This document shows positions 13,086 through 25,433 of a stretch of 64,000 nucleotides of DNA, piece by piece. The stretch's first letter is position 1. Every line of letters starts with the position of its first letter. The DNA lies in assembly GCF_006345805.1 (NCBI RefSeq), contig NC_043009.1, forward strand, positions 47,058,001 through 47,122,000, given 5' to 3'. The DNA comes from Octopus sinensis (Eukaryota). Under the pieces are notes generated by a model. That model worked only from the letters and a program-made list of their open reading frames with translations, had not been told where the DNA came from and did no database searches. The position numbers and the translations under genes were made by a program.

Positions 13086-13100
13086 AAAACGCACACACAT
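12459..13100. repeat. ~640-bp fold-back (inverted duplication) with microsatellite-containing arms
   Basis: Arms 12459-12735 / 12804-13100; inner GACATGGACATCCTCTGGGCTCTCC / GGAGAGCCCAGAGGATGTCTATGTC. Confidence 0.8.
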
Positions 13101-13238
13101 GCACACACAAACACACACACACACACACACATACATTTTTTCAGCATGGTAGCCAACGTGCTCTTTAAGTAAATAATATTATATGATTTACAATAAAAGT
13201 AGCCAAGTTTCTTGTCAGTTCAGAATTGTTTCTCTTGG

Positions 13239-13284
13239 TGTCTAGTACTGATGAGAACTAACGTGTTCGAAATGCATCCGACAG
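13239..13284 (+). ncRNA. Minimal hammerhead ribozyme motif with interrupted stem I
   Basis: CTGATGA-GAAC-TAACGT-GTTC-GAAA-TGC-ATC at 13248-13278: perfect core, 4-bp stem II, palindromic AUGCAU stem III, AUC triplet; stem I TGTC/GACA offset by a bulge. Confidence 0.6.
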
Positions 13285-13669
13285 TTCAATAGAGAGCTCT
13301 CTGAGCTGACTATCGTGTTTAACATCGTTTTTTTTTAACGTGAAATTTTTCTTCACAATAAACTTCAGTGAAAAACCTTTACAGTTTCAAATATATCTCA
13401 AGCACATTAGAACTGGCCTTAAGTTTGTGTGTACGAACGTACGTGTATGCGTATATGTATGTGTGTTTTCTGCATGTGTGTGTGTATGTGTGTGTGTGTA
13501 TTTATGTATCTGCATACTTCATACGAATTTAGAAACTTTGACATGGACTGATTCGTAAATATTAGGTTAAAAAGAACCCTGGAGTGTACAAGTCGAAGGT
13601 AGACTTCGATTTTTTCCATCTAAGGGCTTTTAACCCAATCATTACTTTCTATAATTTAGAGCTTTATTG

Positions 13670-14297
13670 AAGGCGGTGAGTTGACAGTATTGTTCGCAAG
13701 CCGCGCAAATGCTCAACAGCTTTTCGTCCATCTTTACGTTCTGTGTTCAAATTCTACCGTGATTCACTTTGTCTTTTTTTTCCTTTCGAGGTCAATAAAA
13801 TAAGTACCAGTTGAGTACTGGGGTCGATATAATCGACTTATCCCTTCCTCTGAACTTGCTGGCCTTATGTCAAAATTTAAAATCAATATATAGAAATGTA
13901 ACGGTGGGTAAGAGCGATGACGTTCTCAGTAGCGTTTCGTTCGTCTTTACGTTCTGACTTCAAATTCCGCCGAGGTCCACTTTGCTTTCCATCATTTCGT
14001 GGTTGATTATATAAATAACAGTTGGGCACTGGGGTGAATGTAATCAACTTCCCCCGTCTCGCCAGAACGTGCTGGCCTTGTGCCAACATTTGAAATTTAT
14101 TTATACTTTAACTAAGGTGGTGAACTGGCAGAATCGTTACCTGCGGACAAAATGCTTAGCGGCATTTCTTCCAGTTTTACAATCTGAGTTCAAATGCTGC
14201 TGAAGTCGATAAGATGAGTACCAGTTGAGTATGGGGGCTCGGTCTCGACTAACCTCCCCACCCCTACATTTTAGACCTTGTGCCTATAGTAGAAAGG
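13670..14297 (+). mobile_element. Three tandem SINE family D copies
   Basis: Copies at ~13670-13885, 13925-14093 and 14113-14297. Confidence 0.8.
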
Positions 14298-14334
14298 ATG
14301 ATTTAAATTTTAGCTATCGAGTTTCAGTGATGGC

Positions 14335-14490
14335 GTGCGGCTTAATGGCTTGGGCGTTGCTCACATGATCGTAAGATTATGGTTTTAATTCCGGGTAATG
14401 CGTTATATCCTTGAGCAAAACACTCCATTTCACGTTATTCCAGTATTCCAAGCAACACAGCTGGTAAAACGAACAATCGTATGGCAGACC
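14335..14490 (+). mobile_element. Diverged, 3'-truncated H1 SINE
   Basis: GGCGTGCGGCTTAATGG...CATGATCGTAAG...CCTTGAGCAAAACACT. Confidence 0.65.
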
Positions 14491-14606
14491 AGCATCCCAT
14501 ATATATTTTCATCCCTAATTTTGTGGTTATGGAACCTAGCTGTTCTTTTCTAGCGTGATTAATCCCACGGGTGTTTAAATCCACTGTATTTTATATATAA
14601 TATATA

Positions 14607-14639
<33 letters not shown>

Positions 14640-15429
14640 AACATATATATAACACTTAAACAGTCATATATATATATATAAAATTAGAATTTAGGGTATC
14701 TAAAAGATACTACCACGCTGGAAATAGCAGTCAAAACTTGACTCTAAAACCAGAATTAGCTTTATATTACAACTGTATAATTAAACAATTGAAGTATGAA
14801 ATTCTATACATATTATGAGTGCATGTTTGCCTATTATTTCGAATGCTGAAGAACAAAGTAACTCAATCTTATCAGTTCATTTATTATTTTGGGGGGGGGG
14901 TGCTGTGGGGGTCCTTTTAATTATTTCCTAGGTTTTAATTAATGTTTCACTGAAACGTACTGCACACACACACACACACATGAATACACACACACAGAGA
15001 CACTGAATACTAATTTCGTATTTCGTTAATTATAGCAATCATGACAAACTCTTGAGTTCAGTATATATTTATTAATCCCACACACACACACACACACACT
15101 CTCTCTCTCTCTCTCGCACACACATACACACACACCTATGCACACATGTACTCACTAGTCCGTGTGTGCTTCGGTTTAGCATTGTCTCGTGTGAAAATAA
15201 ATTCAGATATGCTAAGCTTTTCCGTGTGATCTGCAGCGAAGTGATATGCCCATAGAACCGCGCAAGCTTTTCAAGACCGATAAGACTGATGCCGTGAACG
15301 TATGTTTAGGCAAATCCAGAGGATAAATACATGTTTCGAATCTGGCTGAGTGGATTTGATATTATAGCAGCCGGTTTCTAGGAACAGATGTAGGAGTTGC
15401 ACTTTCGCCCAAAACTCGCTTTGCGGTAC

Positions 15430-15720
15430 TTCTGCGTTCACTCCCACAGTTCGGCACCTTCGGCAATTGTTTTCCACTATAGCCCCAGGCCGACGTGTGC
15501 CTTGTGAACGAATTTGGTAGACGGAAACTTTGTAGAAGCACGACGTATATATATGGCTGCGTGGTAAGAAGCTTGCTTCCCAACCACATGGTTCCAGGTT
15601 CATTCCCACTGTGAGGAACCTTGGGTTAGTGTCTTCTACTATAGCCTCGGGCTGACCATAGTCTTGTGAGTGGATTTGGTAGACGGAAACTGAAAGAAGC
15701 CCGTCGCATATATATATATA
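15430..15720 (+). mobile_element. Tandem 5' halves of SINE family C
   Basis: CTATAGCC..GG..GAC...TTTGGTAGACGGAAACT motif occurs twice. Confidence 0.7.
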
Positions 15721-15744
15721 CACACAAACATATGCATATATGGG

Positions 15745-16380
15745 TACAGGACGTCACCAACAGTAAACAACATGAAATACGAAGACAAATGAGTTGAATA
15801 TGCAAACAACGAGGAAACAAATGGAAAACTGGACAAGTAACATAAAGAACGATCCTTCGTGAGTTGTCGGGTGTCTATCTACTCATTTCGAGCATTGAAC
15901 AACAATATGAGTCTTCGAAGGCAGTTACTCCCATAAGTACCAAAATAAAATTTTGGATTTATAGAGGGTCAAAGTTAGGAACAAAGAGAGGACAGTGGAG
16001 ACATAACGGATTACTAGGGCCCCAAAGTTATAACTGAGACGGTAGTTATGAGGCCATTGCAGATTTCCGATGCAGCGGATGTATAATTGTTAAAGAGGAC
16101 AACAAACGTTAAGGCAAGGTAAACATCTCAAGTCGTATACATTATTATTATTGGAAAAAATTCAAAGTCTTACAGCTGTTTCTGGGATATCCCGAAGTAT
16201 GGGATATTCCGTCACCGGAGACAAATAAGGAAAACGAGAAGGGTATAGATTAATGAAATGCGGACAGGAGTAAAGGAACAAAGAGATGAGGAAAGAGAAG
16301 AAAAAAGAAGCATAAAAGTTCATAGTTCAACTTTCCGATGTTGTAGGAACAAGAGCATAAGTCCTTATGCGCAATCCTGC
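15745..16380 (-). mobile_element. Putative Penelope-like remnant
   Basis: Carries the hammerhead motif at 16167-16222; 15745-15890 is the reverse-complement homologue of 22430-22602. Confidence 0.5.
16167..16222 (-). ncRNA. Hammerhead ribozyme motif with mutated core
   Basis: Minus strand GTCT-CCGGTGA-C-GGAATATCCC-ATACTTC-GGGATATCCC-A-GAAA-CAGCT-GTA-AGAC: stem I GUCU/AGAC, long stem II, palindromic ACAGCUGU, GUA triplet; core differs from CUGAUGA at two positions. Confidence 0.65.
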
Positions 16381-16381
16381 G

Positions 16382-16659
16382 TAGATCCGTGGGGGTTAAA
16401 ATCCTATATAGTAAACATCCAGAGAAAAAAGACGCAAACACTTCAACGTTCAGTAACAGAATGGTAGCGGAGGTGGCAATTAAGTGGTAAAAGGAAAGTA
16501 AATAGGTAGAAAGACATTGTGTCTATATACCTATACACCTTACTTTTATCCTAAAGCCAATCCTAAAATCCCCACACCCACTCACTCTATCTATCTTTCT
16601 ATTTATTTACTATTCTTCCCTTTTACCACTTAATCAGGATTTTAACCTACATGGATCTA
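16382..16659. mobile_element. Fold-back MITE-like element
   Basis: TAGATCC.TG..GGTTAAAATCCT...AAGTGGTAAAAGG..AGTAAATA..TAGAAAGA is inverted at 16590-16659; ~70-bp insert in the left arm. Confidence 0.6.
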
Positions 16660-16666
16660 CATATAT

Positions 16667-16689
<23 letters not shown>

Positions 16690-16706
<17 letters not shown>

Positions 16707-17400
16707 ATGTCTTTATGTCTGTGTTTGTCCCCATCACCACTTGACAACCGGTGTTGGTGTGTTTATGTCTCAGTAACTTAGCGGTTCGAAAAAAACCGAT
16801 TGAATAGGTATCAGGTTTTAAAATATAAGTTCTGGGGTCGATTTGTTCAACTAAAAAAGGTGGTGCTCCAGCATGGCCGCAGTCACATGACTGAAACGAG
16901 TAAAAGAATAAAAGAGTATGTATATAATATATACTCTCTCTTTTTACTCTTTTACTTGTTTCAGTCATTTGACCGTGGCCATACTGGAGCACCGCTTTTA
17001 GTCGAGCAAATCGACCCCAGGACTTATTCTTTGCAAGCCTGGTACTTATTCTATCAGTCTCTTTTGCCGAACTGCTAACTTACAAGGACGTAAACACATG
17101 TGGTTGGTAAGCAAGCTACTTACCACACAGCCACTCCTACTAATGTATGTCTATTATATATAGAGAGAGAGACACACACACACAGGTATGTGTTTTGTGT
17201 TTGTAGTTGTCCTCCAATGCTATTTGTCAACCGGTGTTGGTTTGTTTACATTCATTTAAATTAGCAATTCAGCCAAAGGGATCGACAGAGCAAGTACCAG
17301 ACTTATAAGCAAATATTGGGGTGATTTCTTCGCCTAAAACTTTTCAAGGTGGTGCCCCAGCATGACCGCAGGCCGGTGACTGAAACAAGTAAAATGTATT
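16690..17400. mobile_element. Cluster of partial SINE family C copies in both orientations
   Basis: 3' halves at ~16690-16912(+), 16925-17140(-) and 17190-17400(+). Confidence 0.75.
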
Positions 17401-17417
17401 AGATAATGTATTAGATA

Positions 17418-17835
17418 GGCGTAGGAGTAGCTGTGTGATGTGTAGCTTGCTTACCAACCACATGGTTCCGAGTTCAGTTCCACTGCATGGCACCTTGGGC
17501 AAGTGTCTTCTGCTATAGCCTCGGGCCGACCAAAGCCTTGTGAGTGGATTTGGTAGACGGAAACTGAAAGAAAGCCCGTCGTATATATGTATATATGCAT
17601 GTGTATGTGTGTGTATATGCTTGTGTGTCTGTGTTTGTCCCCCAACATCGCTTGACAACCGATGCTGGTGTGTTTACGTCTCCGTAACTTAGCGGTTCGG
17701 CAAAAGAGACCGATAGAATAAATACTACGCTTACAAAGAATAAGTCCTGGGGTCGATTTGCTCGACTAATGGCGGTGCTCCAGCATGGCCACAGTCAGAT
17801 GACTGAAACAAATAAAAGAGTAAAGAGTAAAGAGT
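17418..17835 (+). mobile_element. Full-length SINE family C (tRNA-like head, internal (TA/TG)n, GTAAAAGA tail)
   Basis: AGGCGTAGGAGTAGCTGTGTG...GAGTTCAGTTCC...GGCGGTGCTCCAGCATGGCC...TAAAAGAGTAAAGAG. Confidence 0.9.
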
Positions 17836-18149
17836 ATAAGGACAAACCATGTCTTTTCGAAACTACGTCTCAAAAATTGCTTTTTTTTTCTGAAATATTT
17901 GACGTATTGCACTCAAAACCTCAGTAGTAGTTTATGTAGATTTGTGTAATAAATAAGATTATACTCAAACAAATATAGAAAAAATTCCAGGTAACTGAAA
18001 ATTTCACACAATACAAAAGATTGACTCTCCAGACCCATCCCATCGTTTACACAGATTTGTTGATCTGATAAAAGTCACTCTTTTGTATGAATACCGGTAC
18101 ATTACTATTTAGTAATGCACCGGTATTTAGCAACATTGCTATTTATTTA

Positions 18150-18255
18150 TCCCCGAAATGATAAAAGGCAAAGTCAACCTCGACGGATGAAATGCTGCTA
18201 AGCTTTTCCCGGCGGGTTAATGATTCTGCCAGCTCGCCGCTTTACACCACCTATC

Positions 18256-18286
<31 letters not shown>

Positions 18287-18515
18287 TAATAATAATAATA
18301 ATCCTTTCTACTATAGGTACAAGGCCTGAAATTTGGAGGAGGGTAATAGTCGATTTCATCGACCCCAGTGTGTAACTGGTACTTATTTCATCGACCCCCG
18401 AAAGGATGAAAGGCAAAGTCGATCTCGGCGGAACTTGAACTCCGAACGTAGCGACGGGCAAAATACCGCTAAGCATTCCGTCCAGCGTGCTAACGATTCT
18501 GCCAGCTCGCCGCCT
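18150..18515 (-). mobile_element. Two SINE family D copies separated by (AAT)n
   Basis: 18150-18243 and 18303-18515. Confidence 0.8.
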
Positions 18516-18559
18516 TCTTTCATGTGCCACAAGAAGCAAATGAGATGGACATTATAAAG

Positions 18560-19140
18560 GCAGGTTACATTTTGTGTGCGGCCGTTTTATATATGGATGG
18601 TGGGGCGATCCTGATGGTGGACTCGGCCGATACTTGAAACAACAGCGGTTCGACATAACTCCACAGGTCAGAAGTGCTTGGAAACGTACGAGAGATTGCA
18701 GCACGGTTTCGTCGCTCCGCACACATCTTGGGCAGATCCTCCTGACAGAACTTTCGTATCTGTGGAGTTTATTTCGAACCTTCAGTGTCCCTTTGTAGCA
18801 CTGCTAGGACAGAACTTTTAGGTAGTTACGGTAGGTAAGTCACCGGCCCGAAAGTCCTCCAAAATAGACCACTTAGTTCGTCCTCGTTGATGCCGATAGT
18901 TTTCCTGAGAACGTCATCACTCTTACCCACCGTTACATTTCTATATGTCATTAACATAGAAGTTCCACCAACAGTACTGCTTGCCTGGCAGTGTGTAGTG
19001 ACCATCTGACAACATTCCAAGTGCCAGGCACTCGATCTTGCGCTTTTCTTCAGCCAAGGTTGCAACTCTGCCAAAGAGATAAGCCGCAGAGAAACGCGTC
19101 TTATAAACTGATACTACACCTGCTCACTGTCTAGCAAAAT
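18560..19140 (-). mobile_element. L1/Tx1-like ORF2 C-terminal (zf-RVT) fragment
   Basis: Minus frame GTLKVRNKLHRYESSVRRICPRCVRSDETVLQSLV..STSDLWSYVEPLL, with stops and frameshifts. Confidence 0.7.
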
Positions 19141-19153
19141 CTGCATGTGATGC

Positions 19154-19482
19154 TCTAGGAGCCCTCCGTCGGTTACGACGACGAGGGTCCCAGCTGATAC
19201 GATCAACAGAACAGCCTGCTCGTGAAATTAACGTGCAAGTGACTGAGCACTCCACAGATACGTGTACCTTTAACGTAGTTCTCAGGGAGATTCAGCGTGA
19301 CACACAGTGTGACAAGGCCGGCCCTTTGAAATACAGATACAACTCATTTTTGTCAGCTGAGTAGACTGGAGCAACATGAAATAAAGTGTCTTGCTCAAGG
19401 ACACAACGCGTCGCTTGGAATCGAACTCACGACCTTACAATCGTGAGCCGAATGTCCTAACCACTAAGCCACGCGCCTTCAC
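19154..19482 (-). mobile_element. SINE H1+T2
   Basis: 11-bp TSD GCATGTGATGC (19143-19153 / 19483-19493). Confidence 0.9.
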
Positions 19483-19515
19483 GCATGTGATGCAGCCTAA
19501 TAATAATAATAATAA

Positions 19516-19957
19516 TCCTTTCTACTATAGGCGCAAGGTCCGAAATTTGGGGGAAGGTACTAGTCGATTACGTCAACCCCGGCATTTGACTGGTACTTAT
19601 TTCATCGACCCCTAAAGGATGAAAGGCAAAGTCGACCTCGGAGGAATTTGAATTCAGAACATAAAGACAGACGAAATATCGTTAAGCATTTCGCCCGGCC
19701 TGCTAACAATTCCACCTGCTCGCCTCCTTTAATAATGGTTTCAAATTTTTCCACAAAGGTAGTAAATTTTTCCACAAAGGGAGGGGATGAGTTGATTACA
19801 TCGACCCCAGTATTAAATTGGTACTTATTTTATCGACCCCGAAACGAGGAAAGATAAATTCGACTCTGTGGAATTTGAACTCAGAACGTAGCGATGGACG
19901 AAATGTTGCTAAGCATTTTTCCCAACGTGGTAACGATTCCACCAGCTTGCCGCCTTA

Positions 19958-20012
<55 letters not shown>

Positions 20013-20570
20013 GCCGTATTTCGTCCGTCTGTAGATTCTAGGTTCAAATGCAATCGAGGTTGACTTTGCCGTTCATCCTTTCGGGGTCGATAAAATAAGT
20101 ACCAGTTGAACACTGGGGTCGAATTAATTGACTTACTCCTTCCCTGGAATTGCTGGCCTTGTGCCAAAATTTGAAATCAATAATAACTCGGTTGCGTCCA
20201 TCATTACATTCGAAATTCAAATTCCGCCGAGGTCGACTTAGCTTTCCATCCTTTTGGGCTCTATAAAATATGTGCCAGTTGAGCACTGAGTTCGATACCC
20301 CGTCTCCCGAAATTGCTGGCCTTATGCCAAAATCTGAAACTAATATTAACGGACTGGCAAACTTGAAGAAGTAACAGAATCGTAAGAGGGTTGGAGAAAA
20401 TGCCTTGTGGTATTCCTTCCGGTTGTTTATGTTCTGAGTTCAGATAATGCCCAAGTCAATTTGACTTTTAATTCCCGATTTTGGTAAAATAAAATATCTG
20501 TCTAGTACTAGGGATGATTTCTTCGAGTAATGGCGTATCCCCGATTTCAAGCCTTGTGCCTATGTTATCA
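19516..20570. mobile_element. Cluster of five SINE family D copies around (AAT)n
   Basis: 19516-19720(-), 19745-19957(-), 20012-20180(+), 20195-20345(+), 20350-20570(+). Confidence 0.8.
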
Positions 20571-20784
20571 AGAAGTATTAAAAGTATTGAGAATTGGTAG
20601 AGCACCGAACAAACATGTTTTGAAATGAAACCTTGCCGAGGTAGCATTTGATCTTTGTTCTGTTTACGTTGATAAAATAATTACCAACCAAGAACTGGGA
20701 TTGATTAAATTGGTTTATGTCCTTCATTTGTGATGTAGTGCGTTTGTTGCAAACCTTTATTATCAAGTCTGGAGGGTTAAGTTG

Positions 20785-21240
20785 ACGGACATGAGAGATG
20801 TGGTAGAATGGAGTCGAGACAATAGTGTTGTGATAATAAGGAATTGAGACAGCAGAGATGTGATAGTGTGGAGTTTTGATAGTCGGAAATTCTAATAGAA
20901 AAGTCATGACCAGCGGAACTATTCGAGAATACTTGTGGTAAGAAGGAATATTGACAATAAAACAATCAGATTGTAAGAGTGACGTGAAGGTGTATTGACA
21001 GTAGAACCCTGCCACAGTAAAAATATGACAGGAGAGAGTTTTTACAGTAGAGAGTTGTGATACTAGAGATGTGACAATAGACGTATGAAAGTAAAGATGT
21101 GACAATAGAAGCCGGATAGTTGAGATGAAAAACAGAAGAGAGTTGTGGAAATAGAAAGTTGTGATAGAAAACAGTTGTGCCAGTGAAGGTGTGATGAAAG
21201 AGAGTTGTGATTCTTAAGGTGTGACGATAGTTGTAACAAA
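20785..21240. repeat. Degenerate ~15-bp minisatellite (GAG(A/T)TGTGACAATAG-like)
   Basis: Recurrent GATGTGA / GTTGTGA plus AATAG / AGTAG units. Confidence 0.6.
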
Positions 21241-21389
21241 ACTCGAACTCACAATGTTATGATTCTATTTCAGGTGCCTTATCCATTAGACCACGATGTC
21301 ATTTCCCGCAACATTATTAACCTAAATTTTCACTTCTATCACTGTATTCTCTCTTTCTGGAAAATAGTGCCCTCTATATACGATAGAAA

Positions 21390-21620
21390 GACGGCGAGCT
21401 GGCAGACACGTTAGCGCGCCGGGTGAAATGCTTAGCGGTATTTCGTCTGTCGTTACGTTCTGAGTTCAAATTCCGCCGAGGTCAACTTTGCCTTTCATCC
21501 TTTCGGGGTCGATAAATAAAGTACCAGTTTCGCACTGGGGTCGATATAATCGACTCAATCCCTTCGTCTGTCCTTGTTTGTCCCCTCTATGTTTAGCCCC
21601 TTGTGAGCAGTAAAGAAATA
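21390..21620 (+). mobile_element. Full-length SINE family D
   Basis: 15-bp TSD TATATACGATAGAAA (21375-21389 / 21621-21635). Confidence 0.92.
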
Positions 21621-22197
21621 TATATACGATAGAAATAGTCTAAATAGATAATAAACTAAGAGTTTAGGTTTGATAATGTCCAGTTTGAAAATAAAATTCA
21701 AAGGATCTGTAATTGTTTGTATGTTGATTGATATGTGTGTGGGAGTATTGTAAATTAAATCAATGAATGAATGACTGACGTTCAGATGTGACGAAGCGAG
21801 AAAGTATAGCGTTGCTGCTATTTCCTGAAACCGTCTGTTTGCACATGTTTTGCCGTCTAAACAATGACAGGCGATACCGTAACTTACAATACATGCTATT
21901 AGCGAGGCAAAACTATCTAGCTTATATTGCGAGTCATTGGTGTTTGTTAGCAAACACTTTATATGTGTTTTGTTTTTAAAGTTGCAGTGCCAAGACTGCT
22001 CTGTCCAGTACACTGACCCAGTTTCGGTCTTCGGCGAGGACAGCGGCCAGTTAATCATCTGATTAATTCAAACAGCTATTGTCTGAACGCTTAGTAATTG
22101 CTCATTCTTTATTTCATTCTGTCTCTCTAAAAAGCTTTACTGTATAATCAAGCGTATTTCTCTAAGGCTCCGATTTCTGTCAAACTGTATTTGCTAG

Positions 22198-22300
<103 letters not shown>

Positions 22301-22429
22301 GGCTGAGTTACACAACGTTTTATGCGACAGCGTAGCCTGTTCCGTATTCGCTCTACTCACGTACGCACGAACAGAGACACAGCCAAACACACCCAAACAT
22401 ATGAGACATTGCTACACCTGATATACAAA

Positions 22430-22602
22430 AATGATAGCGTCGAAACGCGAAGTAGATAAAACAGGGGACAACTGATGAAGGGATTTTTCTTTATGTTGCC
22501 TGTCTCGTCTCTCTATTTGTTTATTTCGTTGTTCGAAAAAGTGTTCGTTTTCCATGTTTTTGGTTTTTTCATGTTCACGTTTTTTTTTTGACGTCCTGTA
22601 CC
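22430..22602 (+). mobile_element. Dispersed repeat homologous to 15745-15890 (Penelope-like, tentative)
   Basis: Shared GACAACT.A.GAAGG.AT...CTTTATGTT...GACGTCCTGTACCC. Confidence 0.5.
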
Positions 22603-22801
22603 CATATATGCATGTGTATATGCATATATATGTGGGCATATACATTTATGTATTATATATGCATATATATATATATATATATATATTCAAAACAAAGTAA
22701 AACAGTTTCCTTTATAGGGCTGGAAAAACATCCGATTTTCCACTGGTTTTTCAATAAATACCCAATATGGCAGAGAAAAACTTTTCAGAACCCCAAAGGG
22801 T

Positions 22802-23158
22802 ATCATCATCATCATCATCATCATTTAGCGTCAGTTTTCCATGATAGCATGGGTTGGACGGTTCAACTGGGGTCTGTGAAGCTAACCACTCCGTGAGTGT
22901 AGTGGGTGCTTTTTACGTGTAGTGGGTGCTTTTTACGTGTAGTGGGTGCTTTTTACCCGCACAGGTGCCAGTCAGAGCTGGCAAACGGCCACAAACGGAT
23001 GGTGCTTTTACGTGTCACCGGCACGGGGGCCAGGCGAGGCTGGCAACGGACACGAACGGATGGTGCTTTTACGTGCCACCGACACGGGGGCCAGACAGAG
23101 CTGGCAAACGGCCACGAACGGATGGTGCTTTTACGTGTCACCGGCACGGGGGCCAGGT
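22802..23158 (-). mobile_element. Retroposon with RTE-like 3' end and (TGA)n tail, internally amplified into 20-bp x3 and ~61-bp x3 tandem units
   Basis: (CAT)n-TTAGCGTCAGTTTTCCATGATAGCATGGGTTGGACGG; GGTGCTTTTTACG core six times. Confidence 0.7.
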
Positions 23159-23417
23159 ATATATTCAATATACAAAAATTAAAAGAAAATAGAGATTTAT
23201 AATTGACATATTTTAAATATAATTTATTAGGATAATATTATACTACAATAAATATAATATCATGTAATATGAATCTAAATACAAATATTAATCTAATAAA
23301 GAATTTATAAAAAATTAATATTTATAGATATGGATCTTATCAGGGAGATATTTCACAAAATTGGATAAAATTACATGAGATTCATACCCATAAATTCATT
23401 GTTAGGTATGAATCGAA

Positions 23418-23468
<51 letters not shown>

Positions 23469-24450
23469 CACACACACATATGTGTATGTTCATATACGTA
23501 TATGTAGGTATACGTAGATATATACATATGTACACGTATTAATATATACATACATAAACACACATATGTATGTATGTGTGTGTATATATATATATGTATG
23601 CATGTATATAATATATGTGTGTGTGTGTGTGTATAAATACACTTTAAATTTGTTTCTGTGAAACGTTTTGAATATGCAAATAAAGCACCTATTCCATTGT
23701 GTTGGCCACCGTCTAACGATGTTGACTTGCGAGCCAGATTTTTGGGCTTGCATCAAGTTGTAGTGATATAATGTAAGATAAATACAAGAATTGAAACTGA
23801 GAATTGTATACACTGAAATGGATATCTGCATTTATATATAACTAATTCAACTCATTCCATTACACAGAGCCACATATTGTAAACATGGATACATATAGAT
23901 ACATCTAGTTCACACATATACTTTTATACACATAAACACGAGTACAGACACACTCACACACACAACTTCACACTGCTTAAATATTCAATTTGCTACAGAC
24001 AGAAACATGCGCTCACTACACAGATTTAATGCAAGTGTACTTTTACTAATCTCCGCATACATATAGAGACAGACATGCACTTGCATACACGCATCACATA
24101 TACGTACACACTCACACACACATGCACACACACACACACACTTGTACTTGGTGCCTTACCAAGTTTCCGAGACGTTGGCGTTGTTTCATTCTGCGAATTT
24201 AGGATAGCTTGACATTTTTCACTTCCAGGGTCTTTTGCCAAAAAGTAAACAAATGAAATAAATAAATATACAAACGAATGAATAAATAAACATATATATA
24301 TATATATATACTAAAAAAATAAAAAAGTACTAGTACACCACATTTGTGAGGAAACTCTTTGTTGAATTGTTATATTTGGAAATGGTTATTTTTTTCGCCA
24401 GTAAGCACACGCGTTTATTTGATCTTCACTTTAGATTTGTTGTTGTGTTG

Positions 24451-24503
<53 letters not shown>

Positions 24504-24589
24504 TGTATTTGTCAGAGTTCTTTCGTCACACATTCTATGACCTCTGCAATGACTATCTGTTTTTGAGGCTCCTCTTCTCCCTAGTCTTA

Positions 24590-25433
24590 TCTTGTCTAAT
24601 CCTTTTTGCCAATTTCTGAGCGGGCTTGGCCACACTAGCCATGACCTCTTCCCAGTTCCTCTTTACCTGGAGATCTAGTCCAAACCAGACATCGAGCACT
24701 TTCACCGGACCCTTCGTTCAGCGATAGAAATTACCGTTACTCCACTTGAACTTGCCTCTCTAAAACCTTAGTTGCAAACCTGCCGATTTGTTCTCGTTTA
24801 TGAGTGCTCTTGTAGAAGCCTGATATTCTTTCAGTGTCGTGTCGTTTCTATATCTGAAGAATCCGACACCATGACAGTGACATCGATTGCGTATGCAGAC
24901 ACAGCTCTCTTGTGGCCGAGTTCCAGCGAGATGCCTCCCAAATTTTCCAGGTTTCGCAGCAAGGGTTATAAAGCAAAACCATATAAAAGCGGGGAGGTTG
25001 AGCATCCTTGGCGTACTGAAAGGTTCCGAGAGGTGGCCTTTAATTTGACAATCGATCAGATGCCACAATACATTGTGGTGATCCAGCCCCTGAAGACGGA
25101 ACCGAAACTGACAGCTTTTAGGACATACACCAGATAGTGACGGTCTACTCTGTCAAAGGCTTGGAAATGGTTAAAATTGACCAGTGCCCTACCAAAGCCG
25201 TATCTATTCCCGACCCGTTCTGCGATGTATAGCATGAGGTGGACGTTGTCGTGGATAGACCTACTGGGGATCGCACCGACAACACAATCGACAACAAGGG
25301 CCAGCCAGTTGGCGAGCACCTTAGCTAAAATCTTTAACTCAGTGTTGAGTAGAGTTATGGGCCTGAAGTTTTCAGTCACGTACCCCTTTTTCGGATCCTT
25401 CTTCAGCAGAATCACCACGACTGGAAATCTCAT
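24590..25433 (-). mobile_element. L1/Tx1-like reverse transcriptase fragment
   Basis: NFRPITLLNTELKILAKVLA..IPSRSIHDN..QAFDRVDRHYL..WITTMY; AYAIDVTV (YADD position); GPVKVLDVWFGLDLQ; frameshifted. Confidence 0.85.

Noticed and set aside
21785-21845. GTGACGA...GAAACCGTC hammerhead candidate
   Set aside because: Core C3 is absent and stem I does not pair.
22430-22500. Permuted hammerhead (GAAAC...CTGATGA)
   Set aside because: Stems I and II do not pair, and the homologue at 15840-15890 does not conserve the core.
22898-23156. CRISPR-like repeat array
   Set aside because: There are no unique spacers. These are simple tandem duplications inside a eukaryotic retroposon.
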